NCBI GenBank assembly: GCA_037189525.1
Contig: JBBCJC010000005.1
Coordinates: 832,001-896,000, forward strand
Direction of reading: 5' to 3'
Origin: Gemmatimonadales bacterium
Lineage (GTDB): Bacteria > Gemmatimonadota > Gemmatimonadetes > Gemmatimonadales > GWC2-71-9
DNA length: 64,000 nucleotides
The notes below the pieces were generated by a model that was given only the letters and a program-made list of their open reading frames with translations, did not search any database and was not told the DNA's origin. The first letter of the stretch is position 1; each line of letters starts with the position of its first letter. Made by a program: the position numbers and the translations under genes. This document shows positions 11,055-20,917 of the stretch, in pieces.

Positions 11055-11804
11055 CTAGCGGCCCACTCTGCCGGGCAGGCTGAGATTGCCCGATGCAACA
11101 TCGAAGACATCGGTAACACAGACGAGCGGGGCGTGGACGTTGGCATTGACGCGCAGCCCCGAGGTCACCCCGTCGAACGAGGCATTCTCGACCGGGGCGA
11201 TGTCGTCGAACGGAACTCGGACCTCGACCGTCGATCCCGTGAGCTGCGGGTGCCAGCCGGGGCTGTCGATCAGGATCGGCAATCCGGGCCAGGTCTTCGG
11301 CAACCGCGGCTTGGTCCCAGCGGGAATGTCGATGATCTTGAGCGCCCCTTTGCCGCAGGCCTCGTCCGGTCCGAGCACCACCCAATGCACATGCCAGACG
11401 TTGCCATCGTTGGCCGGATCGCCGTCGCCGTTTTCATCGAAGAACGGGGTATCGTCGAAATCGGGGTGCGCGGTCACGGCGAGCGAGAGGATCCCGGCCT
11501 TCGGCTCGAAGCCGACATCGGCGGGGTCGAGGCTCGTCGGCCAGACGTAAGAGAAGATGGCCGACCCGGCCAGCTTGCCTGTCGGGGTCGGCTTGTTTGC
11601 TCCAGCCTTCCCGGAGACCGCCATGTGGAACAGGGCGGTGTTGCCGTCGGTGGTGATCCGGGCCCGGACGATATCGAACGGGGCCAGCTTGGCATTGCCC
11701 GCCGGGGCGGTGATGCCGCCGGCAGTGCCAGACGGTTGCTGAGCAGATGCCGCGGCCGACCAGCAGAGCGAGGCGAGTCCGGCGAGGATGGTCGCAGTCC
11801 GCAT
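11055..11804 (-). CDS. Conserved hypothetical secreted protein of a MarR cassette
   Basis: Signal peptide MRTATILAG..AASAQ; HPDFDDTP, WHVHWVVL, PKTWPGLP motifs; ATG overlaps upstream TGA (TGATG). Confidence 0.75.
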   Translation of the reverse strand: MRTATILAGLASLCWSAAASAQQPSGTAGGITAPAGNAKLAPFDIVRARITTDGNTALFHMAVSGKAGANKPTPTGKLAGSAIFSYVWPTSLDPADVGFEPKAGILSLAVTAHPDFDDTPFFDENGDGDPANDGNVWHVHWVVLGPDEACGKGALKIIDIPAGTKPRLPKTWPGLPILIDSPGWHPQLTGSTVEVRVPFDDIAPVENASFDGVTSGLRVNANVHAPLVCVTDVFDVASGNLSLPGRVGR

Positions 11805-11906
11805 CACGCCGCTCCCTTCACGTCGGCCAGGGGCATCCGCCAGGCGCTGGGCGGCGTCGACGCAGACCGGGCCCCCGGCATGGTAGAAAATGGCGTTTCG
11901 TGACAT
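11803..11906 (-). pseudogene. Internally deleted small thioredoxin-like gene
   Basis: MSRNAIFYHAGGPVCVDA resembles FYHAGCPVC thioredoxin-like N-termini; the +1 frame gives PLADVKGAA-stop, whose TGA overlaps the next ATG. Confidence 0.6.
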
Positions 11907-11991
11907 ATTGAGTCGCTGCCTTTCTGAGGAATGGAGAGGTTGTCAACTCGAGCGCCTCCGTTCGTTGCCGCGAGCGGTGGCGCTCACTGCA

Positions 11992-12621
11992 TCAGGCCGG
12001 TCGATCCATCGCAAAACGTTGCCAGACCTCGCGTTGGGTTCCGACAGTGGCCTCCTCGTAGTCGTCGCAGTCGAGCCGCAGTGCGGCGTCGCCGAAGGCG
12101 GCGTCCACGAAACCACAATGATGCGGACGGGCCGCATCGGGATGGGCGTGGGGCTTGAAGAAACGACACGTCGCGCACATCCGCTGGACCGGGATGGCGC
12201 CCTGTACCTGCAGCGACCGGATCATCCGGGTCAGTCCCTTGAGAAACACCGCCTGCTCGGCCGGAGACAGCTCGTCCACGGCGCCGAGGAGGGCGTCGGG
12301 CCAGACGGCCAACTCGGCCGCGGCGTGCCGCCCCGCCGGCGTCGGGTGGAGCCGCGTCGCACGCGCATCAGCAGGATCGGCCTTCTTGCGAACGTGGCCT
12401 TTCCGGACGAGCGCCGCCACGGCATCGCTGGCCGTCGGCTGCGTCACGCCGATCTCGGCGGCGATGGCGGTGACCCGCGCCGGGCCCCGGGCGGCCAGAT
12501 GCACCAGGATTTGGGCCTGGGTAGGAGTCAACGCTGCGGTGTCGGCACGCCGCCATTGCGACGTGCGCAGGAACGTGCCGATCTTCGCCAACCCTGTCGC
12601 GATGTGAGTCCGTGTGGTCAT
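11992..12621 (-). CDS. MarR-family regulator with Cys-rich C-terminal extension
   Basis: LTPTQAQIL, winged helix (VTQPTASDAVAALVRKG, DARATRLHPT), C-terminal CATC...HHC...LDC; AGGAG upstream. Confidence 0.9.
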   Translation of the reverse strand: MTTRTHIATGLAKIGTFLRTSQWRRADTAALTPTQAQILVHLAARGPARVTAIAAEIGVTQPTASDAVAALVRKGHVRKKADPADARATRLHPTPAGRHAAAELAVWPDALLGAVDELSPAEQAVFLKGLTRMIRSLQVQGAIPVQRMCATCRFFKPHAHPDAARPHHCGFVDAAFGDAALRLDCDDYEEATVGTQREVWQRFAMDRPA

Positions 12622-12644
12622 GCCATGTGTCTCCTGATTCTTCA

Positions 12645-12673
12645 ATATTAGATAGGAATCCTATGTAAATCAA
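12645..12673 (-). promoter_or_regulatory. Sigma70-type promoter with palindromic operator for the MarR gene
   Basis: Minus strand TTGATT-17 nt-TAATAT; the spacer holds the inverted repeat ATAGGA-N-TCCTAT (12652-12664). Confidence 0.75.
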
Positions 12674-12954
12674 GGAAGCGTCCGGTTCCGGCCCTCGGTG
12701 ACAGTGATATAGTTGATGAGGGCGCACTCGAAATCGGCGATGGCGCCCTGCATCAGCGTGGTGGCCAGTGCGGGGCTATCGAGCATGTTGGCCGGGACCC
12801 TGGTGCGCAGGGACCGTTACTCACCCTCGCCCTGGGCCCGGGCATTCCGATGCGGTCGCTGCAGCGAAACGCTTCCACCACGGGCACGAGTGATACCTTA
12901 TCCTTCTCAGGTCTATCATCACCCGCAGGCCGACCCCGCATCCCGGAGCTCCCC

Positions 12955-13491
12955 ATGAGGCCCCGCATCACCACTGCTCTGCTCGCCGTCGCAGCCCTCG
13001 CGGCGAGCGCGCCGAGCATCCAGGCCCAGGCCGCGCCCGAAGGCTTCGCGCAGGAGTTACTCGGACAGTTCGATGAATCGATGAAAAAGTTCATCGCACT
13101 GGCCGACGCGATGCCCGCCTCGGCCTACGGCTGGAGCCCCGGCCCTGGAGTCATGACCGTGGCCCGGGTGTACGGCCACGTGATCCGCTACAACTACATG
13201 TACCCCGCGACCTCCCTCGGCGTTCCCGCTCCGGACAGCCGCGACGGTGCAGCGACCGAGGATCTCACGGACAAAGCCCGGATCGTGGCCCTGCTGCGAG
13301 AGTCCCGGGACCATGTCCACCGGGTGGTCCAAGGGCTGCCGGCCGACCTCTCCCAGCGCACCAAGCTATACGGGCGCGACGTGAATCAGGCCGCCGTGCT
13401 GCTGCAGCTCGTGGCCCACATGAACGAGCACCTGGGCCAGTCGATCGCCTACGCCAGGTCGAACAATGTGGTACCGCCCTGGTCACGCTAG
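12955..13491 (+). CDS. DinB-family protein with signal peptide
   Basis: LADAMP..YGWSP, VYGH, HMNEHLGQSIAYARSNNVVPPWS. Confidence 0.88.
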   Translation: MRPRITTALLAVAALAASAPSIQAQAAPEGFAQELLGQFDESMKKFIALADAMPASAYGWSPGPGVMTVARVYGHVIRYNYMYPATSLGVPAPDSRDGAATEDLTDKARIVALLRESRDHVHRVVQGLPADLSQRTKLYGRDVNQAAVLLQLVAHMNEHLGQSIAYARSNNVVPPWSR

Positions 13492-13568
13492 CTGCACTGC
13501 TGGATTGAATCTGTCGAGTCTGATGGAAGGAGACGCGGGCGAGAACCGGAGTGCCCGCGTCAAGGGAG

Positions 13569-14798
13569 CTATTCGTGGCGGATCGCCTCGATGGGATCCA
13601 GCTTCGCCGCTCGCCGTGCAGGATAGAGCCCGAAGCCGAGTCCGATCAGCATCGAGGCTCCCGCGGCAAAGAAGAGCGTCCCCACACTGGTCGCTGCGTA
13701 GACCTCGACGCCCGCCATGCGCCGCATCAGCGCCGAGCCCGCGTACGCGATGACCAGCCCGAGCACCATCCCGAGTCCGGCGCCGACTCCGGTGATGGTG
13801 ACCGACTCCGCGAGGAACTGCAGCAGGATATCGCCCCGGCGCGCGCCGGCCGCCTTCCGGATTCCGATTTCCCGGGTCCGCTCGGCCACGGACGCCAGCA
13901 GCACATTCATGATCCCGATCCCGCCCACCAGGAGCGACACCCCCGTGATGGTCCCCATCAGGATTTTGAACACCATGACCCCGCGCTCGACCTGAGCGAC
14001 GCGCGCCGCATTGGTTTCGATGCGGACCGAGGCCTGCCACACCGGGCCATGTTCGTCGCGCCAGCGCTCGGCCGCCTGCTGTGCCGGTAGCACGTCCTCG
14101 ATCCGCGCCAAGCGAACGATCAGCGTATCGGGTCGCGGCCGTCCGACCGAGGTCATCAGACGCGGCGCAAGCCCAGGCGCCACCAACACCTCGTGTAAGT
14201 CGCCGACCTCACGACTCGACCGGTGCATCCCGACGATCTCGACGTCCGTCTCCTCGAGCCGGATGACACGCCCCAGCACCGATCGGCCAGCGGAATCGAG
14301 CGCCAGCGCCAGACTCTCATTCACCACGGCGAGCGGTCGCTCGCTCCGCACCTCGGCATCCGACAGCGCCCGGCCTTCGACCAGCGGCGGCATGGCAGGC
14401 CCTGCGTGACCCGTGACGAAAACCCCGAGCGGACGTGCGAGCCCCGCGGCCGACACGACACCGGACCCGCGAGCATACAGCGTGACCTCGGCATCGGCAG
14501 GCAGGCGTCCGATCAGCGTATCGCGATCGGCCATGTCGAACACGGGATAGGAGTCGAGCGGAACCGTGATGCCATCGACTTTGGTCGTGGTAGCGGCGGT
14601 GACCGCGAGATACTGCAGGCTGGTGGTCGAGCCGACTTCGCGACGACCGTACTGTTCCACGCCGTCGCCGATGGCGAGCACCGACACGAGCGCGGCCACA
14701 CCCATGACGATGCCCAGGGTGGACAGCATGGTGCGCATCGGGTTGGCCCGAAGCGCATCGAACCCGGTCAGCAGTGCGACGAGATCGCGCGACCGCAC
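13569..14798 (-). CDS. MacB-like ABC transporter permease
   Basis: RTMLSTLGIVMGV, VGGIGIMNVLLASVAERTREIGIRKA, PARRAAKLDPIEAIRHE. Confidence 0.92.
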   Translation of the reverse strand: MRSRDLVALLTGFDALRANPMRTMLSTLGIVMGVAALVSVLAIGDGVEQYGRREVGSTTSLQYLAVTAATTTKVDGITVPLDSYPVFDMADRDTLIGRLPADAEVTLYARGSGVVSAAGLARPLGVFVTGHAGPAMPPLVEGRALSDAEVRSERPLAVVNESLALALDSAGRSVLGRVIRLEETDVEIVGMHRSSREVGDLHEVLVAPGLAPRLMTSVGRPRPDTLIVRLARIEDVLPAQQAAERWRDEHGPVWQASVRIETNAARVAQVERGVMVFKILMGTITGVSLLVGGIGIMNVLLASVAERTREIGIRKAAGARRGDILLQFLAESVTITGVGAGLGMVLGLVIAYAGSALMRRMAGVEVYAATSVGTLFFAAGASMLIGLGFGLYPARRAAKLDPIEAIRHE

Positions 14799-14804
14799 GG
14801 ATTA

Positions 14805-15545
14805 TTAGGGCGGATTGATTTCGTCGATCCGAACGATGATCGCGGTGATGTTGTCGAGCCCCCCGCGCCGGTTGGCCTCCGCGATCAGCCGGTTGACGAC
14901 GACTTCAGGCGGGTCGCCACCCTGGAGGAGCTTGGCCAACTGCTCGTCTTCGAGCATGCCGGTCAAGCCGTCGGACGCCAGCAGGATGATGTCATCCTGC
15001 TGCAACGCCCCGAAATACACGTCCGGCACCACGTCTTCATTGGCGCCAACGCAGCGGGTGATCACGTTGCTGTACGGATGGGTACGCGCCTGCTCCGGCG
15101 TCAGCAGCCCCGCATCGACCTGTTCCTGCACGTAGCTGTGATCTTTGGTGAGTTGCATCAGGTGGCGACTGCGGAGGAGGTAGGCTCGGCTGTCGCCGAC
15201 CTGGCCGATCAGATAACGGGTGCCCGACAGGACGAGCACCGTCGTGGTCGTGCCCATCCCGCGTTTGTCCGCCTCAGCCAGCGTGCGTTCGAAGATCGAC
15301 TGATTGGCGGTCCGGATGGCCAGGCGGATCCGTTCGTAGGCATCGCCATCGGAAAGGCCACGCAGATTCCCGATTTCGCGGGCGATGATCTCCACCGCCA
15401 TCTCGCTCGCGACTTCGCCCGCGGCGTGTCCGCCCATACCGTCGGCCACGATAAATACGCCGTGCTTATAGTCGAGCAGAAAGCTGTCTTCATTACCGCT
15501 CCGCACCACCCCGACGTGGGTATCGCCAGCACACGAGATCAGCAT
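14805..15545 (-). CDS. PP2C/Stp1-family Ser/Thr phosphatase
   Basis: RSGNEDS, VADGMGGHAAGEVAS, MGTT, VGDSRAY, SDGL, GGLDNIT. Confidence 0.95.
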   Translation of the reverse strand: MLISCAGDTHVGVVRSGNEDSFLLDYKHGVFIVADGMGGHAAGEVASEMAVEIIAREIGNLRGLSDGDAYERIRLAIRTANQSIFERTLAEADKRGMGTTTTVLVLSGTRYLIGQVGDSRAYLLRSRHLMQLTKDHSYVQEQVDAGLLTPEQARTHPYSNVITRCVGANEDVVPDVYFGALQQDDIILLASDGLTGMLEDEQLAKLLQGGDPPEVVVNRLIAEANRRGGLDNITAIIVRIDEINPP

Positions 15546-15549
15546 GCGA

Positions 15550-16881
15550 TCAGACGACGAAAGCAAGGAGCGCGAGAGACGCGATCAGTAACACGATCGC
15601 GAGATGCATGAGCAGATTCGGACGGGCGGCAATCGGCGCCAGCAGGATCATGGCGCGCTGCCCGGCCCGGCGACGACGCCGGTCGGCCTCGACCTCGGGC
15701 GAATCGGCCCCGGAATCAACATCGACGACGCGGTGCGGCGAACTCGACCGCCGGCCAGCTGCGCCCACCGGCGCCGGATAGCCGCTGCCGGAGGTGCGAC
15801 CCGCCCTGGCCGCTGCGTACCCGGACGCCACCGGCTCCGGTCGGCGTGCCGGTTCGTCCTGCGGCTCGAAGGAGACGACGACCCCGCCCAGCAGCAACGT
15901 CGACCCAGGCGAGAGCGGTGCATCATCGTCGACCACGACCCCATCGACCCAGGTCCCGTTGGCCGAGCCAAGATCGGAGATCGACCAGACACCGTCGCGC
16001 AGCAACAGCTTCGCGTGGGCCAGGCTGACGGTCGGATCGTTGAACCGCACTTCGCACGCATCGGCCCGGCCCATCGTGACCGACGGCGACCAGACTGGGA
16101 TCCGGCCGCCCTTGCTCAACCCGCTCTTGATCCGCAGCGAGGCCAGGGGGCGCGCCGCCGGATTGGACACCGGAACCGGCTGAGCCCGAAGGGTCAACCC
16201 GACCATGGTATCGCGAAGCCGCAACTCGGCGCCCGAAGCCGGTGCCGAGGGACGAAGCTCGCCGGGGTGATAGCGGAACTCGAAGGTCCCGATCCGCAGG
16301 ACATCGAGCGGTCGCAACCGATAGCGGCCGCTGATCCGTTCACCGTTGACGAAGGTGCCGCTCGAGGAAAGGTCGACCAGGATATCACCATCGGGACGGG
16401 ACACGATTTCGGCGTGCCGGCGGGCCACGTTCGGGGCGTCGACCACCACCTGCGCGGCCGCGTCCCAACCGAAGGTGAACGGCACCACCGCAATACGGTA
16501 CTCGCGGCCGTCGGTCTGGCTGACCAGTCGCCCTGCGCCCTCGACCAGCGCGGGCTCGAGCGGCGAGGGAGCCACACCAGAAACCCGTTCGTCGTCCTGC
16601 CGACTCGGATTCAGAACGATCACCTCATGTTCTCCGATCCCAAGGCGGTCTCCATGCAGCAACGGGGTCGGCTCCGGGCCAACGGCCGTGCCATTGACCA
16701 GGACGATCGCCCCCGATACGGCAGGACGAATGGCCAGGTGACCACCCGAGAGACGAGACACGACGGCGTGCCGAGGCAACACCGCGTCTCCGGAGAGCCG
16801 GAGATCGGATTGCGCAACGGAACCGATTGAACACTCACCGGCGGCGACGGAGACCCGCTGCCCGCCGTACTCGAGCTGCAT
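15550..16881 (-). CDS. Protein with three FHA domains and a C-terminal membrane anchor
   Basis: Three FHA-like repeats (PRHA..LVNG; ARRHA..SSGTFVNG; GR..VSLAHA..SANGTWVDG) and a hydrophobic C-terminus. Confidence 0.85.
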   Translation of the reverse strand: MQLEYGGQRVSVAAGECSIGSVAQSDLRLSGDAVLPRHAVVSRLSGGHLAIRPAVSGAIVLVNGTAVGPEPTPLLHGDRLGIGEHEVIVLNPSRQDDERVSGVAPSPLEPALVEGAGRLVSQTDGREYRIAVVPFTFGWDAAAQVVVDAPNVARRHAEIVSRPDGDILVDLSSSGTFVNGERISGRYRLRPLDVLRIGTFEFRYHPGELRPSAPASGAELRLRDTMVGLTLRAQPVPVSNPAARPLASLRIKSGLSKGGRIPVWSPSVTMGRADACEVRFNDPTVSLAHAKLLLRDGVWSISDLGSANGTWVDGVVVDDDAPLSPGSTLLLGGVVVSFEPQDEPARRPEPVASGYAAARAGRTSGSGYPAPVGAAGRRSSSPHRVVDVDSGADSPEVEADRRRRRAGQRAMILLAPIAARPNLLMHLAIVLLIASLALLAFVV

Positions 16882-16951
16882 GCGCCGTGTTTCCTGTTCG
16901 AACGTCGTGGGCCACAAACGTAGGCCGAGCCCCGCGCCTTAGCAAGCAATT

Positions 16952-18025
16952 TCAGCCCGTCGGGCTCGGGTCCTGTTCGATTCCGCGAAGGCCTTGACGG
17001 ACCCACCGGGAGAACACGATCGAGCCGAAAACGATGGTGTACCCGCTCACGACCAGCCGCCACAACAGCACGTACAGAGGCGCCAGGGACCGGGGGACGT
17101 AAATCGACATCACCGCCGTCGAGAGCAGTTCCCCGATGCCGGAACCACCAGGCGTCGGGGCAAAGAAATAGAGCACGAAGGTGATGAATGTCTGGAGCAG
17201 CAGTACGTCGAAGAACTGCGCCTCCAACCCGATGGCCCGAAGCGCGACGTACCCGGCCAACAGTTTGTTGGCATGCGACGGCCCCGACAGCACCGTGGCC
17301 AGGGCCAGGGCCGACCATCCCCGCGGCGAATTGAAGCGCGCCACCGCCTCATGGGTCTGGTCGATGCCCCGTTCCAGGGCTTCGAGACGCTGGCCGACCC
17401 ATCGGCTGCGTCGGCCCAACAGGCTGGCCAGCTTGCGGACCAGGTCCCGGATTGCCTTCGGGAACAGGATGACGACAAGGAACAACACCCCGAGGGCGCA
17501 GAAAATCGACAGACTGCCGATGAACAGATCGTAGAGCGAGATGCCTAGCGCGACTCCGTGCCCACCGAGCGACTTTCCGGCCCCGAACGCAATCGCAATC
17601 GGTCCGGCAATCGCGAAGAACGCGACGGTGGCAATGAAGCTCATGAAGGTGATGGTGAAGCCGACCGGCACCGGGACACCATACCGCTTCATGGTGTACA
17701 CCATCATCGGCCCAGCTCCGGACATGACCGGGGTCAGGTATCCCGCCCAGGCACTCATTCCGCCGGAGAGAACCATCCCCTTCATCGACGGATTGGGCAT
17801 GACATTCCGGGCCAGGACGTAGTTGCGGAGCCCGCCACCCAGCCAATCCATCGACGCCAGCCCCACCCCCGCCAGGAGCCATTCGAACTGGATCCGCGGA
17901 ATCGCCTCCAGAAATGCCGCTGTCCCGTCACTATACCAGAGGACCGCCCCGAAACTGAGGAGCGATATCAGCAGGAACAGTTCCAGCCCGCGAAGCAGAA
18001 CTTTGGGGGTAAGCAGTTTGGCCAT
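16952..18025 (-). CDS. Lysylphosphatidylglycerol synthase TM-domain / flippase-like membrane protein
   Basis: Multi-TM; TPVMSGAGP and PTPGGSGIGE...WR motifs. Confidence 0.8.
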   Translation of the reverse strand: MAKLLTPKVLLRGLELFLLISLLSFGAVLWYSDGTAAFLEAIPRIQFEWLLAGVGLASMDWLGGGLRNYVLARNVMPNPSMKGMVLSGGMSAWAGYLTPVMSGAGPMMVYTMKRYGVPVPVGFTITFMSFIATVAFFAIAGPIAIAFGAGKSLGGHGVALGISLYDLFIGSLSIFCALGVLFLVVILFPKAIRDLVRKLASLLGRRSRWVGQRLEALERGIDQTHEAVARFNSPRGWSALALATVLSGPSHANKLLAGYVALRAIGLEAQFFDVLLLQTFITFVLYFFAPTPGGSGIGELLSTAVMSIYVPRSLAPLYVLLWRLVVSGYTIVFGSIVFSRWVRQGLRGIEQDPSPTG

Positions 18026-18110
18026 GGAATCCCGGTCAAGTTAATGGAGCCGGATGGGGTAAACGAGGCGATCAGGGCTCCGGATATCGCCAAGGCATTA
18101 TTTTGCCCCG

Positions 18111-20891
18111 GTGCCGGACTCGTTTCTTCGCGTCGTCAACGCCCGCCAACACAACCTGAAAGGCGTCACGGTCGACCTTCCCCATCGGAAGCTCATCGTG
18201 GTTACCGGACCGTCGGGGTCGGGTAAGAGCTCCCTGGCCTTCGATACGATCTACGCCGAAGGCCAGCGGCGATATATCGAGTCCCTCTCGACCTACGCCA
18301 AGCAGTTCCTCGAGCGGATGCCCAAGCCCCTGGTCGACCGGATCGAGGGCATCGCGCCGGCCATTGCCATCGAGCAGCGGAATCCGACAGTCTCAAGCCG
18401 TTCGACGGTCGGCACCGCGACGGAGGTCTATGATTACCTCCGGCTCCTTTGGGCCCGGATCGGCGTGCAGTTCTGCCGGGTCTGTGGCGCCCGGGTCATC
18501 CGGGACACGCCCGCCACCGCGGCCGATCAGGTCAGAGCCCTAGGCCCCACCCCGATTCAGGTCGCCTTCCCGCTGCCCGACTCGGCCCGGCACTCCCATG
18601 GCGCAATCGTCGACAACCTACGGGCAATGGGGTTCGTCAGGATTCAAGTTGGCGGCGCCCCGACGCATCTCGAGGACCTGCCACCGGGCACGGACCTGAG
18701 CTCCGCCCCCGACCTGCTGGTCATCGTAGACCGGCTGTCCGATCCGACCGGGCCTCGGCTGGAGGAAGCCATCGCCCAGGCCATGGCCGAAGGGGACGGG
18801 ATTGCGGTGGTGCTGCATTCGAAGGGTCGACTTCGCTTCACCGAGCACCCCGCGTGCTCGAACTGCGATACGCCGGCGGCCACGCTGAGTCCGGGATTGT
18901 TCTCCTTCAACAACCCGCGGGGCGCCTGCGCCGGATGCAACGGGTTCGGCGCGGTCCTCGAATACGACGAGTCCCTGATCGTTCCCGACCCCAAGCGCTC
19001 TCTGGTGGAAGGGGCGATCGACCCCTGGACCAAGCCCCGCTACGAAAGCCGTCGCCGGCTGCTCTATGACACTGCCAGGAAACTCGGCGCCGACACCAGT
19101 GCCCCGTGGGCAAAGCTCTCGGCGCCGATCAAGCGCGAACTCCTCTATGGCAAGCAGGGGCGCTTCCTGGGCGTGTTCCCGTTTCTGACCAGCCTCGAAG
19201 AAAAGCGGTACAAGCAGTACATCCGCGTCTTCCTGCGGCAGTATCAGCTGGCCAAAGAGTGCCCGGCCTGCGGCGGCGCCCGCCTCAACGAGCAGGCGCT
19301 GACCGTGCAGATCGGCCACGACACGATTGCGCAGGTGGCGTCGCTCGCGCTGGGCGATCTGCGACGCTGGCTTGCCGGACTCGAACTGACGGACACCAAT
19401 CGCCGGATTGCGCAGGATGTGCTCACCGAACTCGTGGCTCGCGTCGAGTACCTCACCGAGGTGGGGCTCGGCTACCTGACGCTCGACCGGCAGACGCGGA
19501 CCCTCTCGGGCGGCGAAGCGCAGCGGATTTCCCTGGCCAATGCCCTGGGCGCCCGCTTGGTCGACTCGCTCTATGTCCTCGACGAACCGTCGATCGGTCT
19601 CCATCCGCGGGACACCGATCGCCTGCTCGCGATCCTGGAACGGCTCCGGGATGCCGGCAACACCGTCGTGGTCGTCGAACACGACCTCGAAGCGATTCGG
19701 CGCGGCGACTACATGGTCGAACTGGGACCGGCATCCGGAGAAAAGGGCGGCCGCCTGGTCCATGCGGGGCCGCCGACGACGTCCATCGACACGCTGACCG
19801 GCCAGTACCTGAACGGCACCAAACGGATCGGCGTCCCCAGCGGGCGGCGCCCCACCAATGGTCGCAAGCTGCGCATTACCGGCGCCCGGCTCCACAACCT
19901 GGCCAATGTCGACGTCGACATTCCGCTTGGTACGCTTGTGGCCGTGACCGGGGTGTCCGGATCGGGCAAGAGCACCCTGGTCCACGACGTCATTTTCCGG
20001 CAACTCGAATCGCGTTTGACCGGAGAGTCTTCGCTCAAGGCGCACCTGGGCGAAGTCGCGGGCGCGATCGACACGATGTCGGGACACGAGTGGATTCAGT
20101 CGGTCGTGATGATCGACCAGTCGCCGATCGGCCGGACGCCTCGTTCCAACCCGATTACCTACGTCAAAGGGTTCGACGAGATCCGGGAACTGTTTGCCGA
20201 CCAGCCCCTGTCGCGATCACGCGGATACACGCCCGCCACCTTTTCGTTCAACACGGCCGGCGGCCGCTGCGAACAGTGCGACGGCGCCGGCCAGGTGATG
20301 GTCGAGATGGTCTTTCTGGCCGACGTATTCGTTCCGTGCGAAGCATGCGGCGGGACCCGCTTCAAGCGCGAGGTGCTCGACGTCAAGGTACGGGGGCACT
20401 CCATTCACGACGTGCTGCAATGGACTGTCGACGAGGCCATCGGGCGATTTCGCCATCAGGCCAAGCTGGGCACTGCTCTCTGGCAGGTGCAGCAGGTCGG
20501 GCTCGGTTATCTCCGGCTGGGCCAGGCCGCCACGACGCTGTCGGGAGGAGAGGCCCAGCGACTCAAGATTGCCCGGGAGCTGATTCAGGCCGGCAAGCGA
20601 TCGGGGCGTAAGCTCTATCTGCTGGACGAGCCGACCACCGGCCTGCATCTCGATGACGTCCGCCAGCTCATCACGGTCCTCGACCGGCTGGTCGACGCCG
20701 GGCACACCGTCCTCGTCATCGAGCACCATCTCGACGTCGTCAAGCGTGCCGACTGGGTCATCGACCTGGGGCCCGACGCCGGCCCCGCCGGCGGCCGGAT
20801 CGTCGTCCAGGGGCCGCCCGAACTGGTCGCGGCCACGCCGGGCTCGGAAACCGGCCGCTTCCTGAAGCCGCTGCTGGCGTCCGAACTCTAG
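18111..20891 (+). CDS. uvrA: Excinuclease ABC subunit A
   Basis: ARQHNLK, GPSGSGKSSLAFDTIYAEGQRRY, zinc fingers, two LSGGEAQR signatures. Confidence 0.97.
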   Translation: MPDSFLRVVNARQHNLKGVTVDLPHRKLIVVTGPSGSGKSSLAFDTIYAEGQRRYIESLSTYAKQFLERMPKPLVDRIEGIAPAIAIEQRNPTVSSRSTVGTATEVYDYLRLLWARIGVQFCRVCGARVIRDTPATAADQVRALGPTPIQVAFPLPDSARHSHGAIVDNLRAMGFVRIQVGGAPTHLEDLPPGTDLSSAPDLLVIVDRLSDPTGPRLEEAIAQAMAEGDGIAVVLHSKGRLRFTEHPACSNCDTPAATLSPGLFSFNNPRGACAGCNGFGAVLEYDESLIVPDPKRSLVEGAIDPWTKPRYESRRRLLYDTARKLGADTSAPWAKLSAPIKRELLYGKQGRFLGVFPFLTSLEEKRYKQYIRVFLRQYQLAKECPACGGARLNEQALTVQIGHDTIAQVASLALGDLRRWLAGLELTDTNRRIAQDVLTELVARVEYLTEVGLGYLTLDRQTRTLSGGEAQRISLANALGARLVDSLYVLDEPSIGLHPRDTDRLLAILERLRDAGNTVVVVEHDLEAIRRGDYMVELGPASGEKGGRLVHAGPPTTSIDTLTGQYLNGTKRIGVPSGRRPTNGRKLRITGARLHNLANVDVDIPLGTLVAVTGVSGSGKSTLVHDVIFRQLESRLTGESSLKAHLGEVAGAIDTMSGHEWIQSVVMIDQSPIGRTPRSNPITYVKGFDEIRELFADQPLSRSRGYTPATFSFNTAGGRCEQCDGAGQVMVEMVFLADVFVPCEACGGTRFKREVLDVKVRGHSIHDVLQWTVDEAIGRFRHQAKLGTALWQVQQVGLGYLRLGQAATTLSGGEAQRLKIARELIQAGKRSGRKLYLLDEPTTGLHLDDVRQLITVLDRLVDAGHTVLVIEHHLDVVKRADWVIDLGPDAGPAGGRIVVQGPPELVAATPGSETGRFLKPLLASEL

Positions 20892-20917
20892 GACGCCAGC
20901 CACGCAGCCCGCCGGCT

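Noticed and set aside
12717..12732. TGAGGGCGCACTCGAA as a further att copy
   Set aside because: Only 9 contiguous matches in GC-rich DNA, 27 kb away; likely chance
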